A model generated the notes under the pieces. The model was given only the letters and a program-made list of their open reading frames with translations, was not told where the DNA came from and made no database searches. Both the position numbers and the translations under genes were made by a program. From Thermoanaerobaculia bacterium (GTDB lineage: Bacteria; Acidobacteriota; Thermoanaerobaculia; Multivoradales; Multivoraceae): DNA of 64,000 bases. How positions within the stretch are numbered: position 1 is the first letter of the stretch; each line of letters opens with the position of its first letter. Shown here one piece after another: positions 19,302 through 31,200 of the stretch. The stretch is taken from NCBI GenBank assembly GCA_963664405.1, contig OY761158.1, positions 5,344,001 through 5,408,000 on the forward strand, given 5' to 3'.

Positions 19302-21563
19302 TCAGCCTCGACTGCGAGCGAGCAGCAGCAGCGACCCGCCCGCGAGAAGAGCGACTAGGAACAGAAGGCCGAGGCGTGAGAGTGCTGGAATCTCCGGCAC
19401 ACCCCCGCCAGCCGGACCGGTGATCGCGATCTCGCTGAAGGAATCGAGCATCAACATCCAGTTGTTGGCCGCAGGGTCGCAACAGTAGGTGGTGCAGGTG
19501 GGCGTCTGGAACGCCGGATTACCACATGCACCCGCGATCTGCACACCGTCCTTCCAGACGTAGAGATCGGCCTCCGCCAGCGGCGGGCCGATACCGTCGA
19601 CGAAGCCGTCGTTCGGGCTGGAGTCGGGCCAGGTCATTGTCACTTTCACCGGAGAATTCGTACCCGGCGGTCCCAGTGTGGTCTCGGTCACGACAGTGCT
19701 TCCACCCAGACCGAAGCTGCCACCACCCTCGGTGATCGAAATGCTCGTGTCGCTTGGCACTGCGCCGGCGGGCACATCGATCGTCACCGAGCCGTCGTTG
19801 GTCGTCACGGTACCGCCGCTCGGCGGGATGTTGCTCGACGCGGAAGCGTTGGGGTCGCAAGTATCGGTGGCGTCGCTGGGACAGATGTCGCAGACGTCGC
19901 CGCCGTTCTGACTGTCGGAATTGGCCTGGTCCGGATTCTTGTCTGCCGGGCAGTTATCGGTGCCGTCGGGGACACCGTCACTGTCGCCGTCGGGCGCAGT
20001 GGTGGCGGTCGGTGTCGGCGAGGGAGTCGCGGTGTTGGTCGGGGTGCTGGTCGACGTCGGTGTCTCGGTGGCTGTGGGAGTGTTTGTCGGCGTGTTCGTG
20101 ATGGTCGGTGTTGGAGTCGTAGTCGGGGTGCGGGTCGACGTCGGCGTCTCGGTGGCGGTGGGAGTGTTTGTCGGCGTGTTTGTGATGGTCGGTGTTGGAG
20201 TCGTAGTCGGAGTGTTTGTCGACGTCGGTGTCGCGGTGGCGGTGGGAGGCGTGGCGGTCGGGCCGCCAGCGGCGACGACGGTGGCCAGATAGATGCCCTG
20301 GGAGTCGTCGGTGAATACGAGATGTATCGCTACTTTGTCGCCGCTCATGGAGCCGGACCCCTTGATCAAAGCATTGCGGACGGTCTTGCTATCCACCGTG
20401 TCGTCGGGACCCACCAGCTTGACCAGTTGGTCGGTGGTCGTATCGAAGTAGTACACGGTCCGCCCGAAACCCGAATCCAAGGCGTCGAAGACGCCCTTGC
20501 TTTGACTGATGGCTGCAGCCTGGAATGGGCTGGTGCTGAAAACCGCGACGAATTTGCCTGCGGTTCCTGGAATGGTGGTGTTCAGATCGGCGATCACCTC
20601 CAGCGCCCCGGCGGTGCCAGTGTCGGCGATGACACCGGCGTCGAGGACTGTCGAAACCGGCTTGTGCTGGTGCAGGACCACGAAGTTGGCCCCGTCGTAG
20701 TCGAGGTTCTGGAAGTTGGAGAACTTGTTGGCACTGCCTGGAATTGTCGTCAGCGTACCGACCAGGGCGCTCAGGGTGCCGCCCCCGCCTGGGTACTTGT
20801 AGACGCCTTCCTGCGAGGGCCCTTTGCCGAGGAAGACCGCGGTTCCGTCGCTGGCCAGGCGGTATGCACCGAAGTTTTGACCGCCAGTAGCTTCGTGGTT
20901 GAACGCCCCTGAGCCACCGAGGCCGACAGGCACTGTGGTCGTCTTGTCGGCGACGCGGTGCAGGCCGCCGATGGTCGAATAGAGACCCTCCTGGATCTGG
21001 GCCGGTGTGGTCATAGCCGGCGTATTGCCACCGCGGAAGAAAACGTCGCCGCCGCTGAGCGAACCTGCAATAAAATTGTTGAAGAAGCCCGAGCCGTTGG
21101 GGATGGCGGTGGTGGGGCCCACCACCGGGTTTAGGGTCGCTGTCTGGAGGACGATCCAGTCGCGCCCGCCGGTCCCAACGAGGTCTATCACTTCTAGGGC
21201 GACCGCGGCACCGCTGATCTCAGGGAACTGTGCGACGAAAATGGTCCCCACACCGGTTAGCACGTCGCCATTCTTGGCAATCGTCGTGAGGGTGCCGCCG
21301 ATTCTCGCGAAGACGCCGAAGTCGGAGCCGTTATTACCCATGAACGTCACGTTCGTTCCGCTGACGGACGCGAAGCTAAGACCGCTGAAGGCGGTCGCGG
21401 TACCAGGAAGGATCGTGGAGAAGTCGACTACTTTCTCGAAAGTGAAGGTCTGAGCGCCGGCGAGCGTGGCGGTTACGAAAAGGGCCAATGCCGTCGCGAC
21501 GGCTCCCCTCTGCCCCGGTCGGCGCACCAAGCGCGGTGGCCCCCCGTCCTTGTACTTCGTCAT
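19302..21563 (-). CDS. Surface protein: beta-rich repeat region, Thr/Pro linker, thrombospondin type-3 repeat, ZU5-like domain, IPTL-CTERM anchor
   Basis: Signal peptide; [15 protein letters not shown]...GDVCD; IPPSGGTV...VPAGAV; C-terminal [30 protein letters not shown]. Confidence 0.8.
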   Translation of the reverse strand: MTKYKDGGPPRLVRRPGQRGAVATALALFVTATLAGAQTFTFEKVVDFSTILPGTATAFSGLSFASVSGTNVTFMGNNGSDFGVFARIGGTLTTIAKNGDVLTGVGTIFVAQFPEISGAAVALEVIDLVGTGGRDWIVLQTATLNPVVGPTTAIPNGSGFFNNFIAGSLSGGDVFFRGGNTPAMTTPAQIQEGLYSTIGGLHRVADKTTTVPVGLGGSGAFNHEATGGQNFGAYRLASDGTAVFLGKGPSQEGVYKYPGGGGTLSALVGTLTTIPGSANKFSNFQNLDYDGANFVVLHQHKPVSTVLDAGVIADTGTAGALEVIADLNTTIPGTAGKFVAVFSTSPFQAAAISQSKGVFDALDSGFGRTVYYFDTTTDQLVKLVGPDDTVDSKTVRNALIKGSGSMSGDKVAIHLVFTDDSQGIYLATVVAAGGPTATPPTATATPTSTNTPTTTPTPTITNTPTNTPTATETPTSTRTPTTTPTPTITNTPTNTPTATETPTSTSTPTNTATPSPTPTATTAPDGDSDGVPDGTDNCPADKNPDQANSDSQNGGDVCDICPSDATDTCDPNASASSNIPPSGGTVTTNDGSVTIDVPAGAVPSDTSISITEGGGSFGLGGSTVVTETTLGPPGTNSPVKVTMTWPDSSPNDGFVDGIGPPLAEADLYVWKDGVQIAGACGNPAFQTPTCTTYCCDPAANNWMLMLDSFSEIAITGPAGGGVPEIPALSRLGLLFLVALLAGGSLLLLARSRG
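20000..20265 (-). repeat. 84-bp coding tandem repeat (Thr/Pro linker)
   Basis: GACGTCGGYGTC recurs at 20053, 20137, 20221; 28-aa unit [28 protein letters not shown]. Confidence 0.85.
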
Positions 21564-21766
21564 GAACCGACAACCTCCTAGTGGGTCATTCCGCGCGGTC
21601 TATAGAACTCCTCATCTATTCGGACGACAAAGGCCGGCGGTAGGGATCACGAAAACGACAGATCAATCCCCTTCCATTCGGAAGCACTGCTAGACTCGGA
21701 CACGCAAGTTCTGGATGTCTTCGAGTCCATTCGGACTCCGAGAAGTGAAGGGGAGGGTTCGCTCCA

Positions 21767-22345
21767 CTGTCGAGCGGGGACATTACCGCCATCCTGATCG
21801 AGCTCGGGCGCGACGAGAAGGCGGTCGATCGCCTGCTCCCCTTGGTGTACGACGAGCTTCAGGCTGTGGCGCGGCACCAGCGTTTCCGCTGGAATGACCC
21901 GCGGTCGCCGGGCACGTCGAGCTTGGTTCACGAGGCCTACCTCAAGCTGGTCGACCAGACCCGCGTCGACTGGCAGAACCGCGCGCAATTCTTTTACCTC
22001 GCATCCCGCGCGATGCGCAGCGTGCTCGTAGACAACGCGCGCTGGCACTCTCGGGAAAAGCGAGGTGGTGGCGCGCAGCCAATCTCGACAGAAGATGTGA
22101 ACATCGTCTCAGAGGCGCGGTCGGAAGAGCTCCTTGCTCTCGACGAAGCCCTCTCGGCGCTGAAAGGCGAGGACGACCGTCTCTCCCGCATCGTCGAATG
22201 TCGGGTCTTCGGCGGTCTGACGGTTGACGAGACTGCGGAGGCGCTTCAGGTGTCGACCGCGACGATCAAGCGCGGCTGGAAGTTGGCTCGTGCCTGGCTC
22301 TACCGACGACTCAGCGACACCAGCGCTCTCGGCGCGGGGAGCTGA
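21767..22345 (+). CDS. ECF-type RNA polymerase sigma factor (TIGR02999-like, kinase-associated)
   Basis: GDITAILIEL...DRLLPLVYDELQAVA...TSSLVHEAYLKL...WQNRAQFF...AMRSVLVDNAR...KRGG...ARAWL; probable CTG start at 21767 after GGAGG. Confidence 0.9.
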   Translation: MSSGDITAILIELGRDEKAVDRLLPLVYDELQAVARHQRFRWNDPRSPGTSSLVHEAYLKLVDQTRVDWQNRAQFFYLASRAMRSVLVDNARWHSREKRGGGAQPISTEDVNIVSEARSEELLALDEALSALKGEDDRLSRIVECRVFGGLTVDETAEALQVSTATIKRGWKLARAWLYRRLSDTSALGAGS

Positions 22346-22347
22346 GT

Positions 22348-25094
22348 TTGCTCGAAGGAGGACTGGCCGACGTAGAGCGGCTCTACGACGTCGCAACCAA
22401 AGCCCCGCTGGAGGATCGAGCTGCAGTGATCGAGGCGTCTTCCTACGATCCGGCGGTGAAGGAGGAGGTGTTGGGGCTGCTCGCCGCCCAAGAGCTGGCA
22501 GAGTCGTATTTTGACGGTCTGGTCGAAGAAGTCGCCGAAGGCGCACGCCAGGAGCTTCAGACCGCCTCGCGAGAGCAGCGCCGCATTGGCCCGTATCGGA
22601 CCTTGCGCATTCTTGGCCGGGGCGGAATGGGTGTCGTACTACTGGCCGAGCGCGACGACGGTCACTTCGAGCAGCAGGTCGCTCTCAAGCTCGTCCGTAG
22701 CGGGATGGCCGACGATGCGGCGATCCGCCGCTTTCTCGCCGAGCGGCAGATCCTCGCCCGTCTGCAACACCCCGGAATCGCCAGGCTCCTAGACGGTGGA
22801 ATCTCGGACGATGGGCTTCCCTACTTCGTTATGGAGTACGTCGAGGGTACGCCGATTCACGAGTATTGCGACGACCGAAGACTGCCCATCGAGGAGCGCC
22901 TCCGACTTCTGTGCTCGGTCGGCGAAGCCGTTCAATTCGCCCACCGCAACCTGGTCGTTCATCGCGACCTCAAGCCCGGCAACATCCTCGTGACCCAGGA
23001 CGGGGAGTGCAGATTGCTCGACTTCGGAATCGCCAAGCTGCTCGATCACGAGGGCGACGGCACGAGTACGATGACCACGAGTCGAGCCTTGACGCCCCTT
23101 TACGCTGCGCCGGAGCAGATACGGGCCGAAGCCGCCACGACGGCGACCGACATCTACAGTCTCGGTGTCGTTCTCTACGAGCTCATAACCGGCGTTCGAC
23201 CATGGGAGGCAGAGGGTCGATCCTCGGCTGAGCTCGAGAACGAGATATTGACCAGAGAACCGGCGAGCCTGAGATCCCGGGTGGGGCCGGAAGCGGCTGA
23301 GCGCCGCTCTTCCAGTCTCCGGCGTCTGCGCAGACGCCTGGGGGGTGATCTCGAGACGATCTGCAGGAAGGCCATTCACAAGGAGCCCGAACGGCGCTAC
23401 AAGTCGATGGAGCAGTTCGTCGCTGACATCGATCGGCTGCTTCGCGGTCGGCCGGTCGTTGCCAGGCGCGACACGGTTGGCTATCGCAGCCTGAGCTTTG
23501 TTCGCAGACACCCGATCTCAGTAGCGGCAGGTGTGGGTGTTCTCGCACTGAGCCTGGCTTTCAGCGCCGTGATGACCCTCCAATCCGCGCGCCTCGCGAG
23601 GGAGCGTGACAAGGCTCAGCAGGTTTCCGACCTGATGGTCGATCTCTTTCAAGTCTCCGATCCTGCGAACTCGAGAGGAGAGAGCCTCAGTGCTCGGGAG
23701 GTGCTCGAGCGAGGTGTCGAGCAGCTCGAGGGCCGGCTCGAGAGTCAACCGGAGGTCAGAGCTTCGCTCCTCGACGTAACCGGCCGCGTCTACCAGGCAC
23801 TTGGGCTCTACGAAGACGCGGCTCCGCTGCTCGAAGAGTCTCTCGCGCTAAGGGAATCGGGGGCCGGCAGCCCGTTTGAGATCGCTGAGAGTCTGTCCCA
23901 TCGTGGCGAGCTACTGCGCTTGCAGGGCGCGCTCGATGAGGCGGAAGAGATGCTGCACAGGTCTCTAGAAAGCTACAGCGCACTAGGCGAGGAGGGGACC
24001 CCCAGCTATACCCGTGTGCTCGATCGGCTCGGCGTGACGCTGCTTGCGCAGGGCAAGCTCGATGAGGCCGAGCCTTACTTTCGTGAGGCCTTGGCGTCCA
24101 ATCTAGAAGTGTACGGACCCGAGAGCGTCGAGGGTGCGGAGAACTTGCAGAACCTTGGCGCGCTCAGCTACAGCCGCGGCGACTTCGCGCTGGCCGAGGA
24201 GCACTTCAGTGACGCTCTTCTGATGCGCCGAAGTCTCCTCGGAGAGGACCATCCCCAGGTGGCCGCGACCCGCAACAACCTCGGCGCTGCGTTGGCCGGC
24301 GCCGGTAATCTCGCCGCTGCCGAGGAGACCTACAGAGAAGCCCTGTCGCTGCAGAGGCGTCTTTTGGGCAACGAGCATCCGCGCGTGCTTCAGAGCCTCA
24401 ACAATCTGGCGATGATCCTCTTCAGCTCGGGTCGCCCCGCCGCCGCCGAGCCGCTCCACCGAGAGGCGTTGGCGATCCGGCGCAGGATTCTCGAGCCGAG
24501 CCATCCCGAGTTGGCCCAGAGTCTCAGCAATCTCGGGCTCGTCCTCCAGTCTCTAGGCGAGCTGGAGGAGTCCGAGCAGCTACTCAGAGAATCGCTGGAG
24601 GTCCGTCGCGTTGCTCTGGGGTCCTCGCATCCGTTGATCGCGCACAGTCTCAACAATCTCGGGCTCTTGCTACTGGCCAAGGGCCGTTCCGAAGAGTCCG
24701 AGGGGCTGTTTCGGAGGGCTCTCGCGATCGTAGAGCCCGCCCTGGGGAAGCATCTCGATGTTGCCATTTCGCTCAACAACCTGGGTACGAGCCTCGAACA
24801 GCTAGGCCGTGATGACGAGGCCGAAGCGAGCTACCGGCGTGCGCTTGATATCCGGCGTGAGGTCTTGCCGCCCAACCACCCTCTCTCGCCTTCAACCTGC
24901 TCAGTCTCGGGCGGCTCTTGTCAGCCAGGGGTCGCGCGGAGGAGGCAGAGCCCTTGTTACGGGAGGCGCTCACGATCCGGCAGGAGAGAGGGGGCGCGGC
25001 GACCGGCGCCATCGCCGAAGCTCGCGTGGAGCTCGCTGCCTGCCTGGCTGCTCTGGGCAGGCACGACGAAGCTAGGGCTCTTTCTGCCGAGTAA
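22348..25094 (+). CDS. Ser/Thr protein kinase with TM helix and C-terminal TPR repeats; frameshift near 24885
   Basis: GRGGMGVV, VALK, VHRDLKPGN, LLDFGIAK, YAAPEQ; SLNNLG TPR repeats; TPR pattern continues in another frame to TAA at 25094 (uncorrected ORF ends 25149). Confidence 0.88.
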
Positions 25095-25106
25095 GGGAAC
25101 GTCCCC

Positions 25107-26651
25107 TTACAGCTCCGGCGGCGGGAAGGAGCGCATCGGACCGCTGTAACGCTCGTAGCTTTCCCAAATCTCAGCTCCGCCGGTCATTCGCGGATCTCCG
25201 GTCGACCGTAGAGTCTCATTCAGCTCTTTCGCAAGGCGTTCCTTGATATCCGTGAAGGCCGGGTCGTCGACCAGGTTCACGAGATTCCCCGGATCGCGGC
25301 GTACGTCGAACAATTCTTCTTCGGGGCGAAGGTCGACCGCAAGATGAAAGAACTCTGCTACCGCCGGATCGCCCGGTCCTTCGATGAGCACACTCTTGCT
25401 TGGCGCGGCGTCGATATCGTAGTAGCCGAACTCGTCTCCCTCGAAGCCGGTGGGGTGTCCGGCCGGCCAGCGATCGGGCTCGAAGTTGCGGATGTAGAGG
25501 AAGTCGCGGGTTCTCATCGCCCGAATCGGATAGGTCCAATTGTCATAGCGCGCGGACGAGTGGCGCTCACGCGCGGCGAAGACTCTGTCGCGGGTGGCAT
25601 CGACCAGCCCGTCCGCCGAGCTGAGTAGGATATCGAGGAGGCTTCGGCCGACCATTGCTGTTGGCGTTTCGATCCCAGCCACTTCGAGCAGAGTGGGAGC
25701 CAGGTCGACAAAGCCGACCAGGTCGTCGACGACGCGATCGCCTGGGACCCGTGCAGGCCATGCCACGGCCAGCGGGACATGAATTCCGTACTCGTAGCCG
25801 TTGGCCTTGGCGCGAGGAAAGGGCATGCCGTTGTCCGAGGTCACCAGCACTAGGGTGTTGTGGAGGAGGTCTCGCTCGCCGAGTAGGTCGAGCATGCGCT
25901 TCAGTTGAGTGTCGAACCACTCGATCTCGACGTAGTAGTCGAGGATGTCGCTCCTGATCTGGTCGTTGTCGGGTAGGAAAGGCGGCACCTGGGCGTCTGA
26001 GAGCTCCTTGCCCACTTTCAGACCCACTCCGTTCTCATAGATGCGGTGAGGTTCATGCCCTCCATACCAGAAGGCGAAGGGACCACTCTCCGGCACCGAG
26101 TCGAGGAAATCCTCGAAGTTGGCGGCGTAGTCCTGTAGGCCGATGCTGTCGTGGGGCGTTTCGAGCTCTCGCTCGTTGAATTCCGGGCCGGCGGGGTTGC
26201 GAGCTCGCCCGCTGATCTCCCAGTTGCCCGGGCCCCAGCCCTTGCCGGTGAAGCCGACTGCGTAGCCGGCCTGCTCGAGCAGGTCGGGGTAGGTGAGTAG
26301 CTGTTTGGGGAACGAGCTGGCGTGGGTTCCGGCCTCTTCGTTCTGCCAGGGGTGTCGCCCAGTCAGCAACGCCGCGCGAGAGGGACTGCAACCCGGCGAC
26401 GCGGCGAATGCGTTGTTGAAGAGAACGCCCTGGCGAGCGATGCGGTCGAACGTCGGAGTGTCTACGCCTCGGTCACCATAGGCTCCGGCGTGAATCCAGG
26501 ACTGGTCATCGGAGATCGCCAGGAGAATGTTCGGCCGCGAGGCTCGAGCGGGAGGCCCCGGCTCTGGATTGGGACCCGGCGTGCAGCCCATCACTTGGAG
26601 CAGTAGCAGGGCGAGACAACCGCACTTCGCCGCACAAATGTCCCGTGGCAC
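25107..26651 (-). CDS. Sulfatase (S1, Cys-type formylglycine), probable lipoprotein
   Basis: RPNILLAISDD, CSPSRAALLTG, GKGW, HEPH, TSDNG; start uncertain (GTG 26651 used). Confidence 0.9.
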   Translation of the reverse strand: MPRDICAAKCGCLALLLLQVMGCTPGPNPEPGPPARASRPNILLAISDDQSWIHAGAYGDRGVDTPTFDRIARQGVLFNNAFAASPGCSPSRAALLTGRHPWQNEEAGTHASSFPKQLLTYPDLLEQAGYAVGFTGKGWGPGNWEISGRARNPAGPEFNERELETPHDSIGLQDYAANFEDFLDSVPESGPFAFWYGGHEPHRIYENGVGLKVGKELSDAQVPPFLPDNDQIRSDILDYYVEIEWFDTQLKRMLDLLGERDLLHNTLVLVTSDNGMPFPRAKANGYEYGIHVPLAVAWPARVPGDRVVDDLVGFVDLAPTLLEVAGIETPTAMVGRSLLDILLSSADGLVDATRDRVFAARERHSSARYDNWTYPIRAMRTRDFLYIRNFEPDRWPAGHPTGFEGDEFGYYDIDAAPSKSVLIEGPGDPAVAEFFHLAVDLRPEEELFDVRRDPGNLVNLVDDPAFTDIKERLAKELNETLRSTGDPRMTGGAEIWESYERYSGPMRSFPPPEL

Positions 26652-26767
26652 GGATCTCTTTCCGATAGTCTCCGCTCTCAATTCCCCACCCTGCGGTATG
26701 GTGCCACACTCGTTGAGAGGTGGCAGCATCGTTTCTAGGGCTCGGCGCGGAACAAGGAGAGGCATTC

Positions 26768-28195
26768 ATGGCTCGAAAGAGAGAAGCGTTTGATCGAGCT
26801 CTGGGACGTCGATGCTTGGGTGGTCTGCTGCTGGCGTTGGTTGTGGCGGCTTCACCGGGTTTTGCTCAGCCGGAAGCCGAGGCTGGAGTGACCCTTGGAG
26901 CGGCGATCACAACCGCTCTCGAGGTCTTCTCCGAGGTCGAGGCTTCGCGCGCGGATGTCTCGGCTGCCGAAGAGGAAGTGGGAGTCGCCAAGAAGGCTTA
27001 CCTACCGAGTGGCGAGATCTACGCTCAGTGGAATCGAGCGAGCCGCAACAATGTGTACGGGCTCTTACTTCCTGGTGGAATGCACCCTTCGATCTCCGGC
27101 CCGGTGATCGAGGAGACTACGTCCAGGAGTGCCTGGGGCAGTCTGGCCTCTGTAGTACTGCGCTGGGATGTCTACGATTTCGGCGCCAGAGCAGCTGATG
27201 TCGATGAGGCCGAGGCCCTCCATGGGCGCGCAGAAGCAGGACTACGCGCTACCGAGCTCGACGTCGCTCTCGGTGTAGTCGACGACTTCGTCGCTGTTGT
27301 TGGCGCGGAGTCGGCGTTCGCCGCGGCCGCCGCGACGCTCGAGAGAATGAAGGTCTTCGAGACCGGCATCTCGGTGTTGGTTGAAAACGAGTTGCGAGCG
27401 GGCGCCGATCTCTCTTTCGCCCGCGCGGAGCTGGCTCGAGCCCGCATCGAGACGATTCGGGCCGAACAGGTTAGGGACGAGGCTCGGATGAGCCTCAGCG
27501 AGTGGCTGGGTCGCGCCGGTGATCGAGTTGAGATCGACGCCAGCCACCTGATGGACACGGCTCCCGAGAGCCCGCGCTCGACGACCCTCGGCGAAGAGCC
27601 CGGCGAGCACCCGCTGCTTCTTTTCCGGGAGGCTGATGTCGAGGCTGCGAAGGCGCGGCGAGAGTCTGCCAGTCGCCAGTATCGCCCAAGTCTCGAGCTG
27701 CTGGCCGCCTTCTACAGCCGCGGCACCAGCGCGATGCTCGACGGCGGCTTCGAGGGCGGCTCTGCCGGGCTGTGGCCCGACACCTCGAACTGGGCGGCCG
27801 GCCTGGCGATCAGCTTCCCGGTCTTCGATTTCGCCGAGACGAAGCAGCAGACCCGCGTCGAGGAGCATCGAGAGCGAGCGGCGCTTGCCCGCTACCAGAC
27901 GGTGTCAGATCATCTGAAAGCTGAGCAGGCGCGGGCGCGGATCCGACTCGAGAGCGCGCGCAAGATCGCCGAGAACGTCCCGGCCGAGCTCGCCGCCGCG
28001 CGGTCGCTACAGACTCAGTCGCGCGCCCGTTACGACGCCGGGCTCGCCGATGTGATCGTGGTGGTCGAGGCCGAACGACAGCTACGGCGGGCAGAGACCA
28101 GTAACGCCCTCGCTCACCTCGAAGTCTGGCGGGCGGCCTTCGCTCTCGCCGCTACTCAGGGCGATCTCGCCCCGCTGCTTGCGCAGCTCCGCTAG
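26768..28195 (+). CDS. TolC-family outer membrane efflux protein
   Basis: Signal peptide; YLPS, WDVYDFG, ISFPVFD, RYDAGL OEP motifs; SD AGGAG. Confidence 0.85.
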   Translation: MARKREAFDRALGRRCLGGLLLALVVAASPGFAQPEAEAGVTLGAAITTALEVFSEVEASRADVSAAEEEVGVAKKAYLPSGEIYAQWNRASRNNVYGLLLPGGMHPSISGPVIEETTSRSAWGSLASVVLRWDVYDFGARAADVDEAEALHGRAEAGLRATELDVALGVVDDFVAVVGAESAFAAAAATLERMKVFETGISVLVENELRAGADLSFARAELARARIETIRAEQVRDEARMSLSEWLGRAGDRVEIDASHLMDTAPESPRSTTLGEEPGEHPLLLFREADVEAAKARRESASRQYRPSLELLAAFYSRGTSAMLDGGFEGGSAGLWPDTSNWAAGLAISFPVFDFAETKQQTRVEEHRERAALARYQTVSDHLKAEQARARIRLESARKIAENVPAELAAARSLQTQSRARYDAGLADVIVVVEAERQLRRAETSNALAHLEVWRAAFALAATQGDLAPLLAQLR

Positions 28196-28223
28196 TGCCT
28201 TATCGCCAAAAAGGAAGCTGACC

Positions 28224-31200
28224 ATGTGGTTGATCCATATCGCGATGAGGCGACCGATCTCGGTGCTGATGATCATCGTCGGAGTGGCCCTCACGTCCAT
28301 CTTGGCGCTGCAGCGAATGCGCGCCGACATCTTCCCGGCGCTGGGAACGCCGGTCATCTATGTCGCTCAGCCCTACGGCGGTATGGATCCGGCGCAGATG
28401 GAGGGCTACCTGGTCAATTATTACGAGTACCACTTTCTCTACGTGCGCGGGATCGACTACGTGGAGTCGCGTTCGATTCAGGGCGCGGCGCTGATGCAGC
28501 TCCACTTCCACGAGGGCACCGACATGGCCCAAGCGATGGCGGAGACGGTGGCGCAGGTGAACCGCTCGCGATCGTTCATGCCTCCCGGCACGGTTCCGCC
28601 TTTTGTCATGCGTTTCGACGCGGGCAGTGTCCCAGTCGGATATCTGGTCTTCAGCAGTGAGACCCGAGGCGTCGACGAGATCTCCGATCTGGCTCTCTTC
28701 CGAGTGCGCCCGATGTTCGCCGCCGTACCTGGTGTCTCCGCGCCGCCCCCTTTTGGTGGAACGGCGAGAAGCCTGGTCGTACACGTTGACCCCGATCGGC
28801 TGCGCGCCTATGGGATGTCGCCCGATGAGGTCGTCGAGGCCATTTCGCGCTCCAACACCATCCTTCCCTCGGGCAGCGTGCGCATCGGCGACGTCAACTA
28901 CATGACCCCGGTCAATTCCACGGTAGAACAGGCCGAGGATCTCAATGATGTGCCGATCCGCTCGGGAGCCGGCGCTACCGTCTATCTTCGCGATGTTGGC
29001 TATGCCGAGGACGCGGCCGATATTCTGACCAGCTACGCCCTGGTCAACGGGCGTCGCGCGGTCTACATCGCCGTGACCAAGCGAGCCGATGCTTCGACGC
29101 TCGAGGTCGTACGCCGAGTGCGAGAGGCCCTACCCTCCTTTCGTGCCCAGATTCCCGAAGACATCGATGTTGCCTTCGAGTTCGATCAATCTTTCTACGT
29201 CTCCGACGCCCTGGCTTCACTGCGTTTCGAAGGGGCTCTCGGTGCTTTGCTCACGGGCGGCATGATCCTGCTGATTCTCGGCAGCCTGCGCAGCGCTTTC
29301 GTCATCGTGACAACCATCCCACTCGCGCTACTCTCGGCGATCGTTGCGCTGTGGGCTTCGGGTCAGACGATCAATCTGATGACGCTAGGCGGCCTCACCC
29401 TCGCCATCGGCATCTTGGTGGACGAGTCGGTGATTGCCATCGAGAACATTCACCGACACCTCGCCGAGGGCAAGAGGGGGGCACGTGCCGTTATCGAGGC
29501 GAGCCGAGAGGTGATGGTGCCGCGGCTCTTGATCATGCTGGCGATCCTCGCGGTCCTCGCTCCTTCCTTCTTCATGGAAGGCGTGGCTCGCGCCATGTTC
29601 GTACCGCTGGCGCTCTCAGTTGGTTTCGCCATGATCTCGTCCTTCTTTCTCGCCAGCACCTACGTCCCGATCATGGAGGCATGGCTGCAGCGGAAGGGCT
29701 CTAGCCCCGAGACCGGCGCCAGAGACCGATTCACCGAGCGGATGCGGGAGCGCTATTCAGGCTGGTCCAAGCGTGCCCTGTCGCGGAGACGATCGGTCGT
29801 CTTCGGCTACCTTGCCGTGTGCGCGCTCGCCCTCGTCGCCCTGGCATCGACGTTGGGAAGCGACATCTTTCCGACTGTCGATACCGGCCTGCTGCAGATG
29901 CGATTGCGGGCGCCCGCCGGCACCCGCGTGGAGCGCACCGAGCTCCTGGTCCGCAACGTGCTCGGCGTTATCGAAGAAGAGGTCGGTGCCGAGAACCTCA
30001 CGACATCGCTGGCCTTTGTCGGCGTCCAACCCTCATCCTACCCGGTGAATCTCATCTTTCTCTGGACCGGCGGTCCGCACGAGGCCGTCCTCCTGGTGCG
30101 GGTGGACGAGGACAGCGCGGTGTCCACCGGCGAGCTTCAAGAACGACTTCGGGAGCGCCTGCCCCAGGTGATGCCCGGCGCCAGCGTGACTTTCGAAGCT
30201 GCCGACCTGGTGAGTCAGGTGATGAGCTTCGGCTCTCCGACCCCGATCGAGATCGCGGTGACCGGGGCTTCGCTCGACGCCAACCGCGAGTACGCCGAAA
30301 CGATCCAAAAGACGCTCGCAAACGAAGGGGAGCTGAGGGACGTGCAGCTCGGAGAGCTGCTCGAGTATCCGACTCTGAATATCACCATCGATCGCGACCG
30401 AGCCGCGCAGCTCGATGTCAGCGTCGCGGACGTCGGCCGGGCTCTCGCCCCTGTTACCTGGTCGAGCCGTTTCACGACTCCGATCTACTGGGCCGATCCG
30501 CGCAGCGGGATCTCGTATCAGGTTCAGGTCGAGGTGCCCCAGGCACAGATCGACTCGGTCGACGACGTCGCATCGATACCGGTGCAGCATGGGGGGAGGG
30601 CTGTGCCGACGCTGTTGAGGGATGTGGCCGATCTCAGTATCGGCGAGTCGTTCGGCGAGTATCACCGCCGCAACATGCAGCGCATGATCACGGTCACGGC
30701 GAACATTCACGACACCGACCTGGGAAGCGCGCGCGCCACGGTGGAGAAGGCGCTGGCTGGCCTTCCCGAACCGCCGCGGGGGGTCAGCGTCGGCATCCGC
30801 GGTCAGCTCACCCCATTGGCCCAGATGATCTCGAATCTGCAGCTCGGCGTAGTTCTGTCGATCGTTGCCGTCTTCCTTCTGCTCGTCGCCTATTTTCAAT
30901 CGGGTAGGGTTGCTCTTTCTGTGATCATGGCACTCCCCGCCGTCCTGGTGGGCGTCGGTGTGGCGCTGCTCCTGACGGTCTCGACTCTCAACATCCAATC
31001 GTTCATGGGTGCGATGATGGCGGTCGGAATCTCGGTCGCCAACGCGATCTTGCTCTGCACCTTTGCCGCGCGCTCTCGCGAAGAAGGCATGGAGGCAGAG
31101 GCTGCAGCACTGGCGGGGGCAGGGTCGCGACTGCGCCCCATCGTGATGACCACATTGGTGATGGTCAGTGGCATGGTGCCGATGGCTCTCGGTGCGCCTC

